A program made the translations under genes and the position numbers. A stretch of DNA of 64,000 nt from Tepidisphaeraceae bacterium (lineage in GTDB: Bacteria; Planctomycetota; Phycisphaerae; Tepidisphaerales; Tepidisphaeraceae). Numbering within the stretch: position 1 is the stretch's first letter; the number at the start of each line of letters is the position of its first letter. This document shows, piece after piece, positions 51,880 through 59,976 of the stretch. The stretch spans positions 10,973 to 74,972 of the forward strand of contig DASVUC010000183.1 of assembly GCA_036387255.1 (NCBI GenBank). The letters run 5' to 3'. The notes beneath the pieces are model-generated. The model saw nothing but the letters and a program-made list of their open reading frames with translations. It made no database searches and was not told the origin of the DNA.

Positions 51880-53622
51880 CTACCCCTTCATCCCCGTCAG
51901 CGTCATCCCCTGCACGAAATACTTCTGGAACACGAAGAACACCACAACCACCGGCAGAGTCATGAGCATGTTGGCCGCCATGATCAGCGTCCAGTCGATG
52001 CCCCCCTGCGGCGTGTCCAGGCGAAGGTTGTACAACCCCAAACTCAACGGAAACAGTTGCTGATCGCGCAGGTAGATCAGCGGTCCCATGAACTCGTTCC
52101 ACCCGCTCATGAACACCATGATCGCAATCGCGGCCAGCGCCGGCTTCGTCTCCGGCAAGATAATCTGCGCCCAAGTTCGCAGCACCGACGCCCCATCGAT
52201 CCGAGCCGCTTCCTCCAGATCGCGCGGAATCGTGCGCATGTGCTGCACCATCAGGAAAATAAAAAACGCCACGCCGAACCACGACGGGATCCACAGCGGG
52301 CAAAGCGTGTTGTAGAGCCCCGCGCTGCGCCAGATCATGAACGACGGGATCATCGTCACCTGGGCCGGCAGCATCATCGTCGCCAGCAGCAATGCAAACG
52401 CCACTGATCTTCCTGGCCAGTTCAGCCGCGCAAAGGCATAGGCTACGAAGCTGCTTGAGAACAGAACCCCCAGCGTCGACAGCGCCACCACCCAAAGGCT
52501 GTTCGCCACGTAGCGCCAGACCGGAATCGCCTCGAATACACGACGATAGTTCAGATGAACTTTCCCCAGGATCGCGCCCATGGTTGAACTGGGCGAGATC
52601 GTGAGCGTCAGCGTTCCGCGATGGAGGTCGCCAGCCCCGGATTCACTCCGGGAAAGAGCGCTCGCCCCCACCGCCTTCAGCGGCACCCAGATACGCTTCC
52701 GATCCGTGGTGTCGTCAAAGCTTGGGGGCTGAAACAGGATGCTCAGCTTGCGAGTGGTCCCGAGATATTTTGTCTTCTGTCCGACCCAATGCGTTCCCGC
52801 CAGGTCCAGCGTCGCATCCACCTGGTGCCACGAATCATCCGGCCGCAGCGCCAGCATCAGCTTGTGCAGCTTGGACGGATCCCCCGGGTAGTCGAAGGCG
52901 CACTTCAGCGTGATTGGCGCGTCGGAAGAGGACCTGAACTGGTAGCACAGAATGGCCCCCTCGCCCGTCGGAACGAACTTCGCGTTGCCGGATGTGATCT
53001 TCCAGTCGGTCATCACCTGATCCGGTGCCGTGAGCGTGTAAACGTGCGAATCCAGCGTCCGCGCTTGCAGACCGCGCAGTTCCAGGCGCGCCAAGCGATC
53101 GTCCAGCGCATCCGCCACGAACTCCGGCGTAAGCGCCTGCTCGAATGCGGACGAGATCTTGATCTTTTCCTGCGACCACAGATCCAGGTTCAGGCGCGGC
53201 GCGATCCGCGCCACCAGCAGATCCGCCGCCGCCTCACGGTACGCGTTGGCGTCGACCTGCTCCGCCCCCGCTGGCAGCTTCGCCTCATCCACCGCCGCGC
53301 GCGTTAATCGCTTCAGCTCCGGCAGCACCGCGTTCCACTTCGCCTGCGGCGCTTCATCAGGTTTCGCGATGGCGCTCAGCGTGCGAACACGCGGTGACGT
53401 TGACACGAACCGCGGAATCGACGGAAACCACCCTGCGTCCGTCAGCTCCTCATCCGTTTTCAAACTCGTCGCCGCCATGTAAACAAACGGAAACAAGAAG
53501 ATCGCGATAGCCGTCAGGAGGAACAGGTGAACCGCCAGGTGCGACCAGCGCGACCGGCGCCAGAAAAAGGACGAGACGCGGCGGGTTGAGGCTAATCGAT
53601 GCCTCGCGTCAAGGCGCGACAT
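51880..53622 (-). CDS. MalG-like carbohydrate ABC permease with a ~330-aa periplasmic insertion after TM1
   Basis: TM1 is LAVHLFLLTAIAIFLFPFVYMA, followed by a long soluble stretch. The canonical core has the EAA loop LEEAARIDGASVLRTWAQIILP. ATG 53622 (MSRLDAR) is preferred; the track start 53712 would read through repeat copy 3 and overlap the upstream gene. Confidence 0.75.
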   Translation of the reverse strand: MSRLDARHRLASTRRVSSFFWRRSRWSHLAVHLFLLTAIAIFLFPFVYMAATSLKTDEELTDAGWFPSIPRFVSTSPRVRTLSAIAKPDEAPQAKWNAVLPELKRLTRAAVDEAKLPAGAEQVDANAYREAAADLLVARIAPRLNLDLWSQEKIKISSAFEQALTPEFVADALDDRLARLELRGLQARTLDSHVYTLTAPDQVMTDWKITSGNAKFVPTGEGAILCYQFRSSSDAPITLKCAFDYPGDPSKLHKLMLALRPDDSWHQVDATLDLAGTHWVGQKTKYLGTTRKLSILFQPPSFDDTTDRKRIWVPLKAVGASALSRSESGAGDLHRGTLTLTISPSSTMGAILGKVHLNYRRVFEAIPVWRYVANSLWVVALSTLGVLFSSSFVAYAFARLNWPGRSVAFALLLATMMLPAQVTMIPSFMIWRSAGLYNTLCPLWIPSWFGVAFFIFLMVQHMRTIPRDLEEAARIDGASVLRTWAQIILPETKPALAAIAIMVFMSGWNEFMGPLIYLRDQQLFPLSLGLYNLRLDTPQGGIDWTLIMAANMLMTLPVVVVFFVFQKYFVQGMTLTGMKG

Positions 53623-53623
53623 G

Positions 53624-53660
53624 CCCTCACCCCTGCCCTCTCCCGGACCACCGGGCGAGG
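53624..53660. repeat. Copy 3 (imperfect) of the dispersed palindromic element
   Basis: Sequence ccctcacccctgccctctcccggaccaccgggcgagg. The right arm has one A->C change. It sits in the 76-nt spacer between the two permease genes. Confidence 0.65.
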
Positions 53661-53698
53661 CGATAAGCGTGGCGGCGGGCGAGCGCGCGTGGTTTGTG

Positions 53699-56191
53699 TC
53701 ATGTGCGGTCATAATGCACCCACCGCCGGCTCAGCCACAGTTGCAACAGCGTCAGCGCCAGCACGATCACGAACAGGATCCACGCCATGGCGCTGGCGTA
53801 CCCCATCCGGAAATACTGAAACGCCTGCTGGAACAGGTTGTACGCGTAGAACATGGTGCTGTCGGCGGGCGTCCCGCCGTGGGTCATGATGAACGCCTCC
53901 TGGAAGATTTGCATCGTTCCGATCACGCCAATGATCAGGTTGAACAGGATGTACGGGCTGAGCATCGGCAGCGTGACATGCCGGAACTGGTTCCATCTGT
54001 TCGCGCCGTCGATCGCCGCCGCCTCGTAAAGCTGCTGCGGGATCGATTGCAGGCCCGCAAGCCAGATGATCATCCCGCCCCCCGCCGTCCAGAGCCCCAT
54101 GATGATCAGCGCCGGCTTCGACCACTGCGGGCTTTGCAGCCACAGCGGAGCCGTGAAGTGAAACGGCGCGCCGACGAAGTAGCTGATGATCCGGGCAATC
54201 CACTGCATCGGCGCCGTCGCGTACATCCACTCCAGGAAAGAATTGATCACCCCGTAGCTTGGATTGAAGATCCACATCCACAGCAAGCTCGAAGCCACCA
54301 GCGGCATGATTGCCGGCAGATAAAATCCGGTGCGGTACACTCCTATTCCGCGCAGCGCCTTGTTCAGCGCCAGCGCAATCGCCAGGCTCACCGCCATCCC
54401 CAGCGGGATGCGTATCAGCATGTACGCTGTGTTGACAATGCTCTTGTAGAACAACGCATCGTTCAGCAGCCGCGTGTAGTTCTCCATTCCAACGTAACGC
54501 GCCGGCGAGAGCACGTCGTACCGCGTGAAGCTGAAGATGATGCTGAACAGGATGGGCCCGGCGATGAACAGGATCATTCCCGCCATCCAAGGTGAAGCAA
54601 ACAGCAGCGCCGAGCGCACTTCACCGCCACTGTACGAATGGCTCTTCTTCCTCCGCCGATACACCACGCCCATCATGACAAATGGCATCGCGACACCCGC
54701 CGCGTACAGTAGAAAGTAATTCGTCCAATTCACCCGGTGCGGCGGAGGCGGCGCCATGACCTGATCCAGCGCCTGCTGAACTTCCTGCTGCGCACTCTTC
54801 AGCGCCAACTCGTATTCGTCCTGCCCCGTGCGCTTCGCTTCATCCGCCAGCACATGGTTGTTCCCCAAATCCGTCGCTCGCACGTGCTGGTTCCAGAGCA
54901 ACTGCCCGACCGGCGTCACCGGACGAATCCGCGTCTTCGTCATCAGCCGCTGGATTACGTCGTACGCCTCCCGAATGCGTCGCGGCACGTCCTTGTTGTC
55001 CGTGATGTGCTGCTTGATCAGCCGCTCAAAGAACACCCGATTCGCCAGCCCCTTCGGCAGATATAGCTTTCCCTCGCTCTGCTTCTGCTCGCGCTTCCCC
55101 TGCTCCAGTCGGTTGATCGCGTCCCAACTGTACAGGAACTGGATGAACTTGAACGCCGCATCCTTCTGCTTCGCCGTCGCAGGGATCACCAGCGCGAAAC
55201 CGCCCGACCAGGAAACCGGCCCCTTCTCCACCCGATCCGCCGGCATCGGTGGCTCACCCACCACGAAGTCCATGTCCGGCCGCCAGTCGGCGACCCGGTC
55301 GATGCACGTGCTGACATCCGTCTTCATCGCAAGCATGTTCTGCACGAATGGATCCATTGCCCCCCCGCCCATCGCTTCTTCAAACCCCGTCACCTGCCCG
55401 ACTCCGCCCAGGTCGTCATACAACTCGGTCATCCAACGTAGCGCCCGCACCACCGCCGGCGAATCCATCGTGCAGCGCGTCCGATTCGGCGAGAGAAACT
55501 CGCCCCCCGCCTGCCATGCGTACAGATAGAGCCAGCTGTTCCCTACCCGCGGCGCAAAACCCAATCGATCGATCCCGGACGACTTGTTTCCCGGCACCTT
55601 GTAACGCGTCAGCTTGTTGGCGTACGCGCGCAGCTCTTCCCAATTCTTCGGCAGCACCGGCTCGCCCTTCCCATCCACGTACCCGTTGGCGCGCAGGATG
55701 TCCGAATTCGCCCAGAAGATCCGCACGTCCACTTCCGTCGGAATACCAAACACCCGCGCAGGCGTATCCGACCCCGGCGGCTTGTAGCTCGCCTCTTCCA
55801 GCGCCCAGGGGTAATACTGCGTTACGTCAATAAACGTCGGATCGCTCCGATTCTGCTGCTCAAGATAAGGCGTCAAGTCCGTCAGCGCACCGCGCCCCGC
55901 CCACTCCCCCGTCGCAAATCGATCAAACCAAACCACATCCGGCGGCACACCACCGGCAATCGCACTCAGCAGCCGCTGCGAATCCCCCACCGGATCCTGA
56001 GCCACCGCCGTCCCCATCACCACGCGATACTGCGGGTTCACCCGCTCAAATTCATGGATCAGCGTGTAGATGTCGTCCCCCAGCGACGGGTGCCCCCAGA
56101 ACACAATCGTCTCACGCTGATCACCCGCGGGTCGCAGCAGCCAGACCAGCGCAGTCGCCACCACGGCCACCAGCACCACGACGAGAATCAT
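53699..56191 (-). CDS. Fusion protein: N-terminal family-1 extracellular solute-binding domain plus C-terminal MalF-like ABC permease
   Basis: N-terminal anchor MILVVVLVAVVATALVWLL. An SBP-like region of ~450 aa follows (IVFWGHP..., PDVVWFD, LYAWQAGGEF). A linker TM (NYFLLYAAGVAMPFVMMGVVY, ~54661..54724) and RRRKK come next. The permease core has the EAA loop LYEAAAIDGANRWNQFRHVTLP. Confidence 0.75.
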   Translation of the reverse strand: MILVVVLVAVVATALVWLLRPAGDQRETIVFWGHPSLGDDIYTLIHEFERVNPQYRVVMGTAVAQDPVGDSQRLLSAIAGGVPPDVVWFDRFATGEWAGRGALTDLTPYLEQQNRSDPTFIDVTQYYPWALEEASYKPPGSDTPARVFGIPTEVDVRIFWANSDILRANGYVDGKGEPVLPKNWEELRAYANKLTRYKVPGNKSSGIDRLGFAPRVGNSWLYLYAWQAGGEFLSPNRTRCTMDSPAVVRALRWMTELYDDLGGVGQVTGFEEAMGGGAMDPFVQNMLAMKTDVSTCIDRVADWRPDMDFVVGEPPMPADRVEKGPVSWSGGFALVIPATAKQKDAAFKFIQFLYSWDAINRLEQGKREQKQSEGKLYLPKGLANRVFFERLIKQHITDNKDVPRRIREAYDVIQRLMTKTRIRPVTPVGQLLWNQHVRATDLGNNHVLADEAKRTGQDEYELALKSAQQEVQQALDQVMAPPPPHRVNWTNYFLLYAAGVAMPFVMMGVVYRRRKKSHSYSGGEVRSALLFASPWMAGMILFIAGPILFSIIFSFTRYDVLSPARYVGMENYTRLLNDALFYKSIVNTAYMLIRIPLGMAVSLAIALALNKALRGIGVYRTGFYLPAIMPLVASSLLWMWIFNPSYGVINSFLEWMYATAPMQWIARIISYFVGAPFHFTAPLWLQSPQWSKPALIIMGLWTAGGGMIIWLAGLQSIPQQLYEAAAIDGANRWNQFRHVTLPMLSPYILFNLIIGVIGTMQIFQEAFIMTHGGTPADSTMFYAYNLFQQAFQYFRMGYASAMAWILFVIVLALTLLQLWLSRRWVHYDRT

Positions 56192-56363
56192 CCCGCGCCG
56201 CCGAATGATCAGGCACCTCCGCTCAAGACCTCGTCAGTATAACAAGCACCTCGATCCCCAATGCACTCAAACGTCCACCAAATAGAGCCGAGCCGGCATA
56301 CATCAGCCGCCTCGGCTCGCGCGAAACGACCCTTCGCGGAACAGCTCATTGATTCAACTTCAA

Positions 56364-59132
56364 CTACTGGATGACCACATCGTTCCCGGGAGCCGCCTCC
56401 AGCACGTCCTGGCCCGGACCGCCGATCAGTACGTCGTCGCCGTCGTTGCCGTTGAGGATGTCATTGCCTTCGCTGCCGATGAGAACATCATTCCCCTTCC
56501 CGCCATCCGCGGCCAAGAGAATCACGCCCGCACCCAGGCCCGAAGCGTCGACCACGTCGTCACCGTCGAGCATCTCCAGGTTCAACCGATCCAGCGCTCC
56601 TTCCGAACCTGTGATGTTCACCTGCGAGAACAAGCCGAACACCGCCACGCCGCCGCCCGAGCCGCCTACCGCGACGGCGACATCATCACCGTTGGTCGCC
56701 TTCACCGTCACCCGATCCTGCTGCGCATCACCAGCCCCCCCAAACGCCGCAAGGTTCAGGTTCACTTCCGTCAGATCAATCCCTGTCAAGTCGTTGACGG
56801 TGATGTTGTCCGCCCCGCCGAGCGCGTTGAAGTCGATGGACTCGACATCATTCAGATCCATCACCACGCCTGCAATATCTCGCGTAAACAGCACGCGCGG
56901 TCCATTGGCGCTGATGTTGATGTTCTCCGACACGTTCGCGCCGTTGAAGAGCATCTTGTCCCTCCCCGCCTGCCCTTCGAGCACGTCGTTGTCATCGCCC
57001 GGGTTCCACACGAACGTGTCAGCGCCCGCGCCGCCGAACAGCGCATCGTTTCCATCGCCCCCGTTGATAAGGTCATCGCCCTCGCTTCCGAGCACGACGT
57101 CGTTGCCCAATCCCGCGTTCACCGCGAGCTGAACCCCATCCGCCTCCAGGCTCGCTGCGTCGATCACGTCATCGCCGCCAAGGCCATTCAGCGTTAGACG
57201 ATCGTTCGCCTGCTCCTGGAAGAAAAGGTTCACCTGCGCCTTCAGCCCGAAGACGGTCACACCGCCCGCATCGCCGGCCGCGCCGAACACATCCGCCCCT
57301 TGCGTGCCGTTGACAGTTACGTTGTCCACAGTCTCATCGCCGCCCCCATTCGGCCCACGCAGATCCAAGTCAACCCGCACCATGTCCGTTCCGGTCAGGT
57401 CACCGACAGCGATGTTGTCCGAGCCTCCCAGAGCACGAAACTCAATCCGCTCCACGTCGTCGAGGTCCATCGCGATATTCGCAACGTCTCGGGTAAAGAG
57501 CACGCGCCCGCCGTTGGCAAAAACGTTGATGTTCTCGCTCACGTTCGAGCCGAAGAACAGCATCAAATCGCTGTCAGCCTGGCCTTCCACGGTGTCGCTC
57601 CCATCGCCGGGATTCCATTGGAAGATGTCGTTGCCTGCCCCAAGAAACACCACGTCGTTGCCCTGCCGGCTGTTCACAAGATCTTCCCCCTCTCCGCCGA
57701 TAAACACGTCGGCGCCTGGTGACCCTGATCCGGTATCATTCCCAGCCCCAAGATCCACCGTCAGCTTGATCACCCCTGCCGGAAGCGTGGACGCAGTCAC
57801 GCCGTCATCCCCACCCAGCGCCTTGATCACCAGCGCGTCATTCGCCCCCTCAGAACCGGCGATGTTGACAAGCGTGTGCAATCCCACCACCGACGCCGAC
57901 GTTCCCGATCCAAACACATCGATGATGTCATTCCCGTTGGTGCCGTTGACGACAATCGTGTCTGCCAAAGCGTCGCCCGCCCCGCCGACCGCAGCCAGAT
58001 TCGCATTGAGCTGCGTCAGATCCGTGCCAGTGAGATCATTCAAATTCAGCGAGTCGATCCCGCCCAGCATGTTCAGATCGAACGTCTCCACATCGTCCAC
58101 ATCCATCACGATGCTGCCGATGTTGCGGGTCAGCCGCACGCGACCGCCGTTGGCCGAGATGTCAACGATCTCGCCCGCATTGCTGGCATTGAAGACCATC
58201 CGATCACTTCCGGCCTGACCTTCCACAACATCAGATCCGTCGCCCGGATCCCACTGGAAGGTATCGTTACCCGCCCCGAGGAACGCGCTATCGTTCCCCT
58301 GCTGTCCATCGACAAAGTCATCGTTGTCGCCGCCCAGCAGAAGATCAGCGCCGTTCGAACCCAGCAGCGTGTCGTTCCCCGTCCCACCGTCAGCGGTGAT
58401 CAGAATTAACGCCGCCAGATTACCGACGTTGCTGAAGGAATCATTCCCGCCGTTCGCATTCAGCACCAGGCTCTCGCTCGTCCCAATGTCCAGGGTAAAC
58501 GGCGCAGGATCCAGCCGATCAAACCGCACACGCGTCCCGTTCGCGGTCGTCGCGAAAACCTCCGACCCGTTGCCGCCGTTCACCTCCACCGTATCAAACC
58601 CGTCGCCGCCCTCGTTCAGATCTGTGTCATCACCCGGATTCCAGATCATCCGATCATTCCCCGACTCGCCAAACACCTGATCGTTCGCATCACCACCGGT
58701 GAGCGCGTCATTGTCCGCACCGCCGAAGAGCAGGTCCGCGCCGCCCTTGCCCAGCAGCGAATCGTTCCCCGCTTGACCGAAGATCATGTCCGCGCCCGAT
58801 CCGCCCGTCAGCGTGTCGTTCCCCGCACCGCCATACAGAAACGCCTTCGGCAGCGCGCCATTCACTTCGCTCAGCCCCACGTTGTCATTCCCGCCTTGGC
58901 CGAACACTTGGATCTGCGTCGTGTTGGCAACCGTCGACGTGCCTCCCTTGATCGAAACCGCCCCGCCGTTCACCAACAGATTCCCCGCCGCATTGCGACT
59001 GACGGTGATCGTATTGTCGACATTGTCACCAAAGACCGTCAGGATGCCCTGACCCGCCGAGAATTGAGCAACCACGGCAAACAATCGCCGCTGCTCCAAC
59101 GACTCCAACGATGAAAACTGCTTCGCGCACAT
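56364..59132 (-). CDS. RTX-like calcium-binding repeat exoprotein (922 aa) with an N-terminal LE-x-R-x-L-F-A box
   Basis: Dozens of GG.G.D nonapeptides (GGAGNDTLTGGSGADMIFGQAGNDSLLGKGGADLLFGGADNDAL...). GAAGGAGAAG lies 6 nt upstream of ATG 59132 (MCAKQFSSLESLEQRRLFAVV). The track start at 59150 is GTG. Confidence 0.85.
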   Translation of the reverse strand: MCAKQFSSLESLEQRRLFAVVAQFSAGQGILTVFGDNVDNTITVSRNAAGNLLVNGGAVSIKGGTSTVANTTQIQVFGQGGNDNVGLSEVNGALPKAFLYGGAGNDTLTGGSGADMIFGQAGNDSLLGKGGADLLFGGADNDALTGGDANDQVFGESGNDRMIWNPGDDTDLNEGGDGFDTVEVNGGNGSEVFATTANGTRVRFDRLDPAPFTLDIGTSESLVLNANGGNDSFSNVGNLAALILITADGGTGNDTLLGSNGADLLLGGDNDDFVDGQQGNDSAFLGAGNDTFQWDPGDGSDVVEGQAGSDRMVFNASNAGEIVDISANGGRVRLTRNIGSIVMDVDDVETFDLNMLGGIDSLNLNDLTGTDLTQLNANLAAVGGAGDALADTIVVNGTNGNDIIDVFGSGTSASVVGLHTLVNIAGSEGANDALVIKALGGDDGVTASTLPAGVIKLTVDLGAGNDTGSGSPGADVFIGGEGEDLVNSRQGNDVVFLGAGNDIFQWNPGDGSDTVEGQADSDLMLFFGSNVSENINVFANGGRVLFTRDVANIAMDLDDVERIEFRALGGSDNIAVGDLTGTDMVRVDLDLRGPNGGGDETVDNVTVNGTQGADVFGAAGDAGGVTVFGLKAQVNLFFQEQANDRLTLNGLGGDDVIDAASLEADGVQLAVNAGLGNDVVLGSEGDDLINGGDGNDALFGGAGADTFVWNPGDDNDVLEGQAGRDKMLFNGANVSENINISANGPRVLFTRDIAGVVMDLNDVESIDFNALGGADNITVNDLTGIDLTEVNLNLAAFGGAGDAQQDRVTVKATNGDDVAVAVGGSGGGVAVFGLFSQVNITGSEGALDRLNLEMLDGDDVVDASGLGAGVILLAADGGKGNDVLIGSEGNDILNGNDGDDVLIGGPGQDVLEAAPGNDVVIQ
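56436..58328 (-). repeat. Three tandem ~200-aa coding modules inside the RTX-like gene
   Basis: W[ND]PGD anchors have their first bases at 58253, 57617 and 57008, a spacing of 636 and 609 nt. Each is followed by EGQAGxD.M.F...N..I.ANG.RV.FTR......MDL.DVE.I.F.ALGG.D.I.V.DLTG.D. A shorter proto-module sits around 58643. Confidence 0.75.
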
Positions 59133-59219
59133 AGACCACTTCTCCTTCACGATGAAACGTGATTTCTAAAGACTCTGCCGGCGCCAACACGGCGGCGGCG
59201 TTACTGGTTGTTTCAGGAA

Positions 59220-59837
59220 TCAGCAGGCGCCCTCAAATCGAGCCAAAAACGGCTCACGAGCGCCGATGCGCTGCCGGCGTTCGGGCCGGAGCGTCTTGAT
59301 CATGCGATAGCCAATCGCCCTCACGCCGTTCGGAAAGGGCGCTTCAAACTGTTCGACAATTTCAAACCCGCACGCCAGGTACAGCGGCGCGCCGCTCAGC
59401 GTCGCCGTCAGGTCCGCCCAGCGGTAACCCGCCTGCATCGCGGCACCCTCCGCGGTGCTCACCAGCAGCCGCCCCAAGCCCCTGCGCGCATGCCTCGGAT
59501 GAACAAAGAACAGCCGCAGCACCGCAGATTGTGTAAAGGGATCCAGCCGCTCAGGCGCCACCATCTGCGACGCACGCGCCCCGATGCTGTGCGGCCGAAA
59601 GCTCCATCCCCCCGCCGCGATCACCTGCCCCTCATGCTCCGCCACAAAGTACGTCTGATCCGCAATCAGTTGCAGATCAACCGTCAGCGCAAACGCCAGG
59701 AACGCCTCCACCTGCTCTGGCGAATAGCAGGCCGCCAGCAGTTCCGAACTCGCCGCGATCAACCGCTTCAGCGCCGGTACATCGTCAAGCTGCGCCAGCC
59801 GAACATTCTCGGGAAACTGTGAACTGTTTTGCTCCAT
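59220..59837 (-). CDS. GNAT-family N-acetyltransferase
   Basis: FFVHPRHARRGLGRLLV (acetyl-CoA-binding R/Q-x-x-G-x-G/A motif) with a typical GNAT length. Confidence 0.8.
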   Translation of the reverse strand: MEQNSSQFPENVRLAQLDDVPALKRLIAASSELLAACYSPEQVEAFLAFALTVDLQLIADQTYFVAEHEGQVIAAGGWSFRPHSIGARASQMVAPERLDPFTQSAVLRLFFVHPRHARRGLGRLLVSTAEGAAMQAGYRWADLTATLSGAPLYLACGFEIVEQFEAPFPNGVRAIGYRMIKTLRPERRQRIGAREPFLARFEGAC

Positions 59838-59923
59838 ACTTCCTCGCAAGCGACGACAAACCAGCCATCGCGGCGGGGAATTTAGTGAGCTTCACAAACG
59901 CAATCATGATCTTCACGTGAGTT

Positions 59924-59943
59924 TGCGGTAAGATTACGGTAAG
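59924..59943. promoter_or_regulatory. Direct repeat t[ga]cggtaag x2 at 11-bp spacing in the divergent promoter region upstream of the wHTH regulator
   Basis: tgcggtaag at 59924..59932 and tacggtaag at 59935..59943. In addition, cttcac occurs at 59890..59895 and 59911..59916 (21-bp spacing). Confidence 0.3.
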
Positions 59944-59976
59944 CGCTGACATCTCAAGCTATAGCCCATAGTTACA

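Noticed and set aside
50390-52495. A 701-aa minus-strand ORF spanning the PMM/PGM gene (antisense), the intergenic gap and part of the MalG-like gene.
   Set aside because: It crosses a convergent gene boundary, has Gly/Asp/Val/Arg-rich composition without motifs, and competes with two strongly supported genes.
56436-58328. The periodic repeats in the RTX-like region considered as a possible CRISPR array or satellite.
   Set aside because: The period is ~610-640 nt, not 25-40-nt repeats with spacers. The repeats are in-frame coding modules of a single long ORF. No CRISPR-like array was seen anywhere in the window.
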